DNA from: Myxococcales bacterium
Lineage (GTDB): Bacteria; Myxococcota_A; Polyangia; Fen-1088
Reading direction: 5' to 3'
DNA length: 64,000 nucleotides
Assembly (NCBI GenBank): GCA_003142855.1
Contig: PLNW01000122.1
Location: 6,213 to 70,212, forward strand
Shown here one piece after another: positions 56,594-64,000 of this stretch. A model generated the notes under the pieces. The model did not search any database, was not told the DNA's origin, and saw only the letters and a program-made list of their open reading frames with translations. A program made the position numbers and the translations under genes. Within the stretch, counting starts at the first letter, position 1. Each line of letters starts with the position of its first letter.

Positions 56594-59401
56594 TTAGATG
56601 ATGATGACCGGAACCTTGCAGTCCAAGGTGCATTTCATGTGCCCCCCACCCTTGTCAGTCTGGACGGCGGATGGGTTCCCGTTGGCGTCATAGTAGACGC
56701 CGTTAACGTCGCCACCAAGATCGCATTGCTCGCCTCGATCGCTGTCGATGATCTTGTCGCCGCAGTAGTGTGGGTTCTTGCATCCGAACGTGCATCCTCC
56801 CGCCCCTGTAACCGAGCCATTCTTGCTGCCTTGGTCGCAGTTCTCTGGACCGTCCGGTGGGCCTTGCGTGACGTTGTCCCCGCAGAAGGGTCCCCACTTG
56901 CAGCTCGTCGTGCAACCGCCGTACAGGGTGTCGTTGTTCTTCGCCGGGCAGCCCGTTGGGAGTGCCACGCTTGGATCGTTGGGATCGCCGCAGTCACATT
57001 CCTCGCCGCCTGTCACCATCCCGTCGCCGCAGTGAGGAATGCAGTCCGACGTCTTGGTGTTGAAGCCATTGAGCGTGAGCTGGAAGTTCGACTCGGGCGG
57101 GTGCCGGTCGCAGCCGAAGATCGCAATCTCGTAGACCTTCCCATCCTCGAGGTTAAGGTTGACATTTCGGGTGCGGTAGTCATCCGGTGAAATGGGAGCT
57201 GGCGCCCCGGCGGGTGAGCATCCCGCTGCTACGTACCCGAGCTGGGTTGTCGTGATGTTTCCAGTTGCGTCAAGACAGCCACCTTCTGAAATCGTCGCCT
57301 GCGTTGCACCTGGGGCACCCGTGACAGAGACCTTGCCTGGCAACTGCTGGTGAACACCGCCCAGATCGAGAACCAGGATGCCGTTGATGTAGACGAAGAG
57401 ATCGTCGTCGCCGAAGAACTGCAAGGAGATGCCAGTCGTCTGGCTGTACACGAAGAAGTAGCGCGTCTCATCACAGAAGTAGCTGTCATGCTTGACGCCG
57501 GGAGTATTTGAAACCCAGCACCCAGCGCTCAGCGGATTCTGGTTTGGGCAATCCGCCTGGACGATGCGGGGTGGGAAGAAATACTGGTCGCCTTGGCAGG
57601 TGGCCCAGATGGGAGTTCCATTGCCATGGTTCCAGTAGGGCCATAGGTCACACAGCGTGACCATGGTGGGATTCAGCGTGTCCAGGGGATAGAAGCCGTT
57701 GTCCGCGCCCGCGAGGTGCGTCTTGCTGGCGTACTGGTAGATGTTCGTCCCGATGGATTTCATCTCGAGAACCGAGGGGAACGTCTTGTTCACGGTGGCG
57801 TCGTCGGTGAACCACTGCTTGAAGCTGGCCGCGTTCTTCACGATCGGCACCACGCCGTTGAAAATGGGGCCACCGGGGGTGCTCGCTGTGTATCCCTTCA
57901 ATATGCCGGTGACTTGGCCTGATGGGTTGGTGAAGCTGATGGCTGTGCCGGCAGTGCCGCCACGGTAGCCAGCAGCCCCGTCGGAAAGTGGACTGTCGTT
58001 GCCAGCCTGGGTGTAGGTGCTGGGAATGTGTGCGCCCGAATTGCCGATGTTCCAATCGCTGAACTGGCAGGCACACTGGTTGTTGGCGCGACTCGAATTG
58101 TATTGAGGTTTGCCGTACGACAGCTTCGCGGAGGCAATGTCCCAGCAACGCGCAGTCGAATCGTTGCCCTTGGCCGGCCCGCCTGAGTTGGGGACACAGA
58201 TGGTCGTGGGCGCGGTGGAGCCAGCCGCCTTTGTGCCCAGGAAGAAGAAGTCGGGGTGGCCACCACTGGCGACGTTCTCGGGCTGGAAATCGCGGTAGAT
58301 GACGGGGAGTTCAAGGCACTGGCTGGTCTGATCGGTTGAACAAGGAGAGGAATCGACGTGCGTGGTGGGGGTACACACGAAACCAGTCTCTGTCGTGCAT
58401 TTGCTCGAGCAGCCATCACCGTCCAACTGATTGCCATCATCGCAGGCTTCGTTTGGATCGATATTCCCGTCTCCGCATGCGGTCGCGCACGCCTGGGTGT
58501 TGCCCGAGCTGTCAAGACAACTCGGTTCCTTGGTGCATGTCTTCGAGCAGCCCGGATTGTTGGGATCTCCATAGAACAGGCCGTTCTGGCCCCGACAGCC
58601 GGTTGGCAGCTTGGTCGGATCGTTGCCACAGTCGCACTGCTCGCCCGTCTCTTTGATTCCGTTTCCACATTGCGCCACTTTGCAAGGCTGGCCGGGGGTG
58701 GGGCAGTCGGCGCCGGGCTCTCTCTGGCAAGTGGTCGAGCAGCCGTCATTGCTAGCGGTATTTCCGTCATCGCAGTTCTCGCCGCCTTCCAGCTTGCCAT
58801 CACCGCAAATCGGGGTGCACGGCTTGCCTGGCACGCGACACTGCCACCCGGGATCGATGGTGTGGCAGTCTGCCGAGCAGCCGTCGACAGTGCCATCGGG
58901 TGAGCCAAGGGTATTGCCGTCGTCACAAGTCTCGTCGGAAGTCAGCACGCCGTTGCCACACTTCCTTTGATCGACGCAAGGCTGATTGGGCTCCGGACAA
59001 ATGAAGTTGGCTTCGACCAAGCATTGGGCATTGCATCCGGTATCAATGGGATGGTTGGGATCGAGTTTCGCGGCAGGAAGGACGCCGTCGTCGCAGTCCT
59101 CGCCCTCGTCCAATTTACCGTCGCCGCAGGTCTTGGACGGGGTGAAGGTGCTCTGAGTCGCTCCACCGCCGCCGGTACTGCCACCGGTGGGAGTACAAAC
59201 AATGCAGGCCGCACTGCCGGCGTTGGGACCACCCCCACCACCGTTGCCTCCGTTGCCTTGCCCGCCATTATTCTGGCCGGACACCGTGGCGCTGGTACAG
59301 CTCGCTCCCGCGAGCAGAACAACCGCGCCCGCCAAGACTAGGGCGCTATGGCTCTTGAGAACGCAGGTACCGATACGGGCGAAAATCGTACTTGTTGACA
59401 T
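56594..59401 (-). CDS. Lipoprotein with myxobacterial cysteine-rich repeats and a fibro-slime (PA14-like) domain
   Basis: AGASC lipobox; many CGDG..E.CDDGN..DGCS..C repeats; YRDF..HPDF, F.QWF, FFGDDDLFVYING..DLGGVH. Confidence 0.9.
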   Translation of the reverse strand: MSTSTIFARIGTCVLKSHSALVLAGAVVLLAGASCTSATVSGQNNGGQGNGGNGGGGGPNAGSAACIVCTPTGGSTGGGGATQSTFTPSKTCGDGKLDEGEDCDDGVLPAAKLDPNHPIDTGCNAQCLVEANFICPEPNQPCVDQRKCGNGVLTSDETCDDGNTLGSPDGTVDGCSADCHTIDPGWQCRVPGKPCTPICGDGKLEGGENCDDGNTASNDGCSTTCQREPGADCPTPGQPCKVAQCGNGIKETGEQCDCGNDPTKLPTGCRGQNGLFYGDPNNPGCSKTCTKEPSCLDSSGNTQACATACGDGNIDPNEACDDGNQLDGDGCSSKCTTETGFVCTPTTHVDSSPCSTDQTSQCLELPVIYRDFQPENVASGGHPDFFFLGTKAAGSTAPTTICVPNSGGPAKGNDSTARCWDIASAKLSYGKPQYNSSRANNQCACQFSDWNIGNSGAHIPSTYTQAGNDSPLSDGAAGYRGGTAGTAISFTNPSGQVTGILKGYTASTPGGPIFNGVVPIVKNAASFKQWFTDDATVNKTFPSVLEMKSIGTNIYQYASKTHLAGADNGFYPLDTLNPTMVTLCDLWPYWNHGNGTPIWATCQGDQYFFPPRIVQADCPNQNPLSAGCWVSNTPGVKHDSYFCDETRYFFVYSQTTGISLQFFGDDDLFVYINGILVLDLGGVHQQLPGKVSVTGAPGATQATISEGGCLDATGNITTTQLGYVAAGCSPAGAPAPISPDDYRTRNVNLNLEDGKVYEIAIFGCDRHPPESNFQLTLNGFNTKTSDCIPHCGDGMVTGGEECDCGDPNDPSVALPTGCPAKNNDTLYGGCTTSCKWGPFCGDNVTQGPPDGPENCDQGSKNGSVTGAGGCTFGCKNPHYCGDKIIDSDRGEQCDLGGDVNGVYYDANGNPSAVQTDKGGGHMKCTLDCKVPVIII

Positions 59402-59704
59402 TGGACGCGCCTCATCTGGGGGTGGGTGCAAAAACTCGATGAGCCTACCAACCCATGACCAATATAACAACTGCACCACCTGACCTGAGAAACGAAAATT
59501 CCCTGCTGGTGCCGTCGGTTGCGAACCCTGGCGGTGTCGTTGCATGTCGTCCTTGCGCCTACCTGTATGACAGGTCGTCCTGCGCAAGACTACAAACGTC
59601 CTCACCACGGTGCGCAAGTGTGCCGCTGACACTCCAAATCGCAGCCTTGCGACCGCAGGTTGCGGGTGGAGAAACGTCGCACGGCTGATATGGGAACCCT
59701 GGAA

Positions 59705-59861
59705 GGGTTCGCTCCGCCCTTCGGCCCCCCACCCGCAACCTCCGCCCCGCTCGCTTTGCTCGGCCTCGCCATCCCTCCCGCGATGGGGCGCCGCCGGCGA
59801 GGGCGCGCGCGAAGCGCGCGGGGCGGGCAGGGTGGGCTGTCGTCCCGAAGTCCCTCAGGGG
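59705..59861. repeat. Extragenic palindromic element of family B
   Basis: GC hairpins; reverse complement of 59797-59861 shares gggacttcggg and cgcgcgcttcgcgcgcgccc with the fliK repeats; left boundary approximate. Confidence 0.75.
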
Positions 59862-59999
59862 CAAAGCCGGTCGGCTCCCCACGCGGCCCAGGCCGCGTTT
59901 TGACAGGGAAATATGATATGAATGCGCTCCGGTTGGCCCGGCGGTCCTCAGGCTTCCTGCGGCATCGCGCCCCGCCTCACCCCTGACTGGATGGATGAC

Positions 60000-61391
60000 A
60001 TGCAAAATGTGAAGATCCTTCTCGACGAAAGCGAGATCCCGCGGCAGTGGTACAACCTGGCCGCCGACCTTCCTACGCCGATGCTCCCGCCGCTCGGCCC
60101 GGACGGAAAACCTGTCAGCCCGGACATGCTGGCGCCGGTCTTCCCCATGAACCTCATCGAGCAGGAGGTCAGTACCAAGCGGTGGATCGACATTCCCTCA
60201 GAGATTCTCGACATCCTCTACCGCTGGCGACCGGCGCCGCTTCGACGCGCAGTGTACCTTGAGAAGTACCTGAAGACGCCGGCGCGTATCTATTACAAGG
60301 ACGAGAGCGTCAGCCCGGCAGGAAGCCACAAGCCCAACACGGCGGTGCCCCAGGCTTGGTACAATAAGCAATTCGGAATCAAGCGGCTGACCACCGAGAC
60401 TGGCGCCGGGCAGTGGGGCAGCGCACTTGCCTTTGCGTGCAGCCTCATTGGCTTGGAGTGCAAGGTCTTCATGGTGCGCATCAGCTTCGAGCAGAAGCCA
60501 TTCCGCAAGCTGATGATGCAGGTATGGGGCGCAAACTGCATTGCCAGCCCCAGCAATCTCACCAACGCCGGTCGGACCATCCTGGCCAGCATGCCTGACA
60601 CGCCCGGCAGCCTGGGGATCGCCATCAGCGAGGCCATCGAGGCTGCGGTGACCGACAGCACGGGCGAGACCCGCTACTCGCTCGGCAGCGTGCTCAACCA
60701 CGTGCTTCTACACCAAACCATTATCGGTCTGGAGGCCAAGGCCCAGCTCAAGAAGGCGGGGGAGAAGTTGCCCGACATCATCATCGGCTGCGCAGGCGGC
60801 GGCAGCAATTTCGCCGGCCTGGCCTTCCCCTTCGCGCAAGACATGATCAACGGCGCGCAGATGACCATCATCCCGGTCGAGCCTACGGCCTGCCCCAAGA
60901 TGACCAGGGGCCAGTTCGTGTACGACCACGGCGACGTGGCGTGCATGACGCCGCTTCTGCCCATGCACTCGCTCGGGCACACGTTCATTCCCAAGCCCAT
61001 CCATGCGGGCGGGCTGCGCTATCACGGCATGGCGCCTCTCGTGTGCCAGGGCATTGTGGAAGGTCTGTTCAAGCCCCGCGCCGTCGCCCAGCTCAAGTGC
61101 TACGAGTCAGCAATGATCTGGGCCAAGACCGAGGGCACCATCTGCGCGCCCGAGACCAGCCACGCCATTGCCGCCGTGATCGACGAAGCCAACAAGTGCC
61201 GCGAGAGCGGTGAGCAAAAAGTCATCCTCTTCAACTACAGCGGCCACGGACTGATGGATCTGGCTGGCTACGACGCGTACTTGTCAGGCAAACTCACCGA
61301 CTACGTGCTGCCCGACGACGAAGTCCAGAAGAATCTGCAGGCTTTGAAGGGCATGCCAAAAGCCGAGGCACGCAAGTCGGGCCGCTGGTAG
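60000..61391 (+). CDS. trpB2: TrpB2-type (TrpB-like) PLP enzyme
   Basis: [54 protein letters not shown]; no adjacent trpA. Confidence 0.95.
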   Translation: MQNVKILLDESEIPRQWYNLAADLPTPMLPPLGPDGKPVSPDMLAPVFPMNLIEQEVSTKRWIDIPSEILDILYRWRPAPLRRAVYLEKYLKTPARIYYKDESVSPAGSHKPNTAVPQAWYNKQFGIKRLTTETGAGQWGSALAFACSLIGLECKVFMVRISFEQKPFRKLMMQVWGANCIASPSNLTNAGRTILASMPDTPGSLGIAISEAIEAAVTDSTGETRYSLGSVLNHVLLHQTIIGLEAKAQLKKAGEKLPDIIIGCAGGGSNFAGLAFPFAQDMINGAQMTIIPVEPTACPKMTRGQFVYDHGDVACMTPLLPMHSLGHTFIPKPIHAGGLRYHGMAPLVCQGIVEGLFKPRAVAQLKCYESAMIWAKTEGTICAPETSHAIAAVIDEANKCRESGEQKVILFNYSGHGLMDLAGYDAYLSGKLTDYVLPDDEVQKNLQALKGMPKAEARKSGRW

Positions 61392-61507
61392 ATTTCCTTT
61401 CAGGGCGGCGAGCTGCCTGAGCCGAAAACCCGCCGACGTGCAACTGCTACAATAGAAGTTTGCCCATCTCACGTGGGCTGTCCGCCGCCGAACAAGGAGA
61501 TCGATAG

Positions 61508-62956
61508 ATGCACCACCGAAGCTCGCGTATATGCCTGTGGAAGACGTTGCTTTGTCTGGCCGCCGCGGGATGTGCGCCTTCCAAGAGTGGTGGCGAATTA
61601 ACAGGCGGCAATCCCGCTGCCGGCACAACCGCTGTGGCAGGAAACACGAGTGGCGGCGGTTCACAGGGAATCGCTGGCGCATCCGGCGGCGAAAGCGCTC
61701 AGAGCAGCAGCGTGGGTGGATCCACACAGCCACCCAGCACCGGTGGATCCACGCAACCACCCAGCACCGGTGGATCGACAAGCCCAAACACCACCGCATC
61801 TAACGGAGGCGGTGGCGCCACAAGCTCATCCACGACCAGCCCCGTCGCAGGATCGCGCGACGCGGGCGTGGCGGGCAGCGGTGGCTCCGCTTTGGGCGGC
61901 TCGAGTGGCAATCGCGACGCCGGGCCGGTAGGGGGCACGGCAGCGGGAGGAAGTGGCGGCAAGGCGTCCAGCGGGAGTGCAAACGGCGGCAGTGCGACCG
62001 GCGGAAAGTCGACCGGCGGAAGCTCGACCGGTGGGAGCGCGACCGGCGGAAGCACCGGCACGCCACCCGCGGGCAAGGTCTTCAGCCAGTGCCGATTCCA
62101 CTTCGGCACGATCGATTCGATGGCGAAGAGCAACACTTCCATGATTTCTCAGTTGGACTTCTTCACACCCGGATGGATGATGGGCACCTTCAACCAGGGC
62201 TATGTGTGCACCGAATCGGCTCCTGGCGGCGCCCTTGCGGGTCTGGTTCCAGTGGATGTCACCTACATTGCTGCCAACTATGTGAAGAATCAGAACAAGC
62301 TGTGCGACTGCAATGTGAGCAACAGCACCTGCAGTGGCAATCTGTGCAACTACGGCGCGCAGTACATCACACAGGACTGGGCAACGATCCTTTCCCAGTA
62401 CACGAGCAACTCAACGGGTTTCGCGGCCTGTTTGGGCGGACGCCCCATCGTCTTCGAGATGGAGCCGGATTGGTACCAGTACTACGCCGGTGGTCAGACC
62501 CAGGCTTGGACTCCCAAGCAGGCGGGAGACAACATGTCGGCGCTAGTCGCCGCACTGAAGAGCTCGTTGCCAAACGCGGTCTTCTCCATGGATATTTCAC
62601 CGTGGATTCCCAACAACGGCTCGGCCTGGTACACCAATTTCAACATGAGCCTGTTCACCTTCATCAACACCTCGGGTGGGGGCACTGCTGCCGACAACAC
62701 GAAGATCCGGTCCAGCAACGCCATGACCTGGGCCGGTGTGCACGGGGTGGCCGGCAAGCCGATCCTGGCCGATACGGGCTACGGAGCGAACGGGGGCTCA
62801 GCGGGACCTGACGCCGCCTGGGATGTCCCGGCGAACATCAACGCCCGTATCGCGGATGGGGTTGTGTCGATCTCACAGTACAACCCCAGTAGCAGTTGGG
62901 GATCGACGATCTCGAGCATTCGGAGTCAACTGAGCACGCCGTCCGTTTGTCCGTAA
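61508..62956 (+). CDS. Lipoprotein with Gly/Ser/Thr linker and a putative glycoside-hydrolase-like C-terminal domain
   Basis: LAAAGC lipobox; low-complexity linker; aromatic-rich domain with FEMEPDWYQY and ADTGYG. Confidence 0.65.
   Translation: MHHRSSRICLWKTLLCLAAAGCAPSKSGGELTGGNPAAGTTAVAGNTSGGGSQGIAGASGGESAQSSSVGGSTQPPSTGGSTQPPSTGGSTSPNTTASNGGGGATSSSTTSPVAGSRDAGVAGSGGSALGGSSGNRDAGPVGGTAAGGSGGKASSGSANGGSATGGKSTGGSSTGGSATGGSTGTPPAGKVFSQCRFHFGTIDSMAKSNTSMISQLDFFTPGWMMGTFNQGYVCTESAPGGALAGLVPVDVTYIAANYVKNQNKLCDCNVSNSTCSGNLCNYGAQYITQDWATILSQYTSNSTGFAACLGGRPIVFEMEPDWYQYYAGGQTQAWTPKQAGDNMSALVAALKSSLPNAVFSMDISPWIPNNGSAWYTNFNMSLFTFINTSGGGTAADNTKIRSSNAMTWAGVHGVAGKPILADTGYGANGGSAGPDAAWDVPANINARIADGVVSISQYNPSSSWGSTISSIRSQLSTPSVCP
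61715..61785 (+). repeat. 27-bp coding tandem repeat (GGSTQPPST x2.5)
   Basis: ggtggatccac.ca.ccacccagcacc repeated. Confidence 0.85.
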
Positions 62957-63009
62957 ACCTCGGCTGGCTTGACGGCCAGTCCCGCTCTCCTCAATCAGCA
63001 ACCTGTCGG

Positions 63010-63037
63010 TTGTCCTCCCGCGAATTCCGTCTATAAC
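63010..63037 (+). promoter_or_regulatory. Sigma70-type promoter (near-leaderless)
   Basis: TTGTCC-N16-TATAAC, 8 nt before ATG 63046. Confidence 0.6.
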
Positions 63038-63045
63038 CACGGGCC

Positions 63046-64000
63046 ATGGAGACGCCCGCGCAACTTGGTTTTGCCATGCCCGCCGAATGGGAGCCCCACG
63101 AGGCCACCTGGCTGGGCTGGCCGCACTGTCGCAGCGACTGGCCTGGCAAGCTTGGCACCATCGAGTGGGTCTATGGCGAGATCGTGCGCAAGATCGCGGA
63201 AGCCGAGAGAGTGCTCATCATCATCCGCGGGCCGCAAGCCAGGGCACGCCAGGTCCTGGCCCGCGCCCATGCCAACTTGGCCAATGTGGAATTCTTTCGC
63301 GCCCCGTCGGATCGCGGCTGGGCACGCGACTTTGGGCCCATCTGCGTGCGCAAGCCAGGACCCAAACCCGAGGTCGCCATCGCCAAGTTCAAGTTCACCG
63401 CCTGGGCGAAGTATCGCAACTGGCACAAGGACAACCTCATCGCAGAGCGAATCGCCCAGCAGCGCAAGATGCGGCTCTTTCCGGTCACGCACAAGGGTCA
63501 GCCCGTCGTGCTGGAAGGTGGCGGCATCGACGTGAACGGCTGCGGAACTTTGCTGACCACGGAGGAGTGCTTCCTCGACCAGAAAACCCAGTGCCGCAAC
63601 CCCGGCATGAGCCGCGAGGAATACGACCGCGTCTTTGCCGACACCCTGGGCACGCCCAACGTCATCTGGCTGGGCCACGGGATCGCCGGCGACGACACCC
63701 ACGGCCATGTCGACGATCTGTGCCGCTTCGTGAACCCAACCACGATGGTCGTGATCCAGGAGAAGAACGAGCACGACGTGAATTTCAAGCCCCTGCGCGA
63801 GAACTGGGAACGGTTGCAGGACGCGCGCTTACAAGACGGGGCGCGTCCCGAGATGATTGCTCTGCCCATGCCCGCGCCGCTCTTTCATGGCGACTGGCGC
63901 CTGCCGGCCAGCTACGCGAATTTCTACATCGCCAATGCCGCGGTCATCGTGCCCACCTTCAACGATCCCGCGGATCGCATCGCCTTAGGAATTTTGGGCG
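63046..64000 (+). CDS. Agmatine deiminase / peptidyl-arginine deiminase family protein (3' truncated; absent from the ORF track)
   Basis: Hand translation: METPAQLGFAMPAEWEPHEATWLGWPH..WARDFGP..LEGGGID..CRNP..DDTHGHVD..LPASYANFY. Confidence 0.95.
   Translation, partial: METPAQLGFAMPAEWEPHEATWLGWPHCRSDWPGKLGTIEWVYGEIVRKIAEAERVLIIIRGPQARARQVLARAHANLANVEFFRAPSDRGWARDFGPICVRKPGPKPEVAIAKFKFTAWAKYRNWHKDNLIAERIAQQRKMRLFPVTHKGQPVVLEGGGIDVNGCGTLLTTEECFLDQKTQCRNPGMSREEYDRVFADTLGTPNVIWLGHGIAGDDTHGHVDDLCRFVNPTTMVVIQEKNEHDVNFKPLRENWERLQDARLQDGARPEMIALPMPAPLFHGDWRLPASYANFYIANAAVIVPTFNDPADRIALGILG

Overview
High-GC window, most likely from a Myxococcota (Polyangia-like) genome, judged from the Ser/Thr kinases, PEGA/TPR proteins and a cysteine-rich-repeat fibro-slime lipoprotein. 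About 10.5-36.8 kb is a flagellar gene cluster: flgBC-fliEFGHI-motE-like-fliK-flgDE-flbD-motAB on +, flgFGAHIJMNKL-fliC-fliS-fliT-like-fliD on -, and a displaced fliJ. It lacks the export gate, fliM/N and fliA, and only a C-terminal cheB remnant follows motB. Directly upstream is a signalling island: three HDOD proteins, a hybrid histidine kinase, a Ser/Thr kinase-HDOD fusion, a stand-alone FHA protein and a sigma54 activator with no regulatory domain. Sigma28-like and sigma54 promoter motifs tie this island to the flagellar genes. The hook-length ruler FliK (767 aa) contains three in-frame copies of a palindromic repeat that also occurs intergenically at 59.8 kb. The rest is housekeeping and myxobacterial accessory content (rluA-like, ahcY, rseP, glycosyltransferases, thiD, pta-ackA, trpB2, agmatine deiminase). 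At least four families of short extragenic repeats are present. No rRNA, tRNA, CRISPR array or intact transposase was seen. All calls come from reading motifs by eye, with no database searches.
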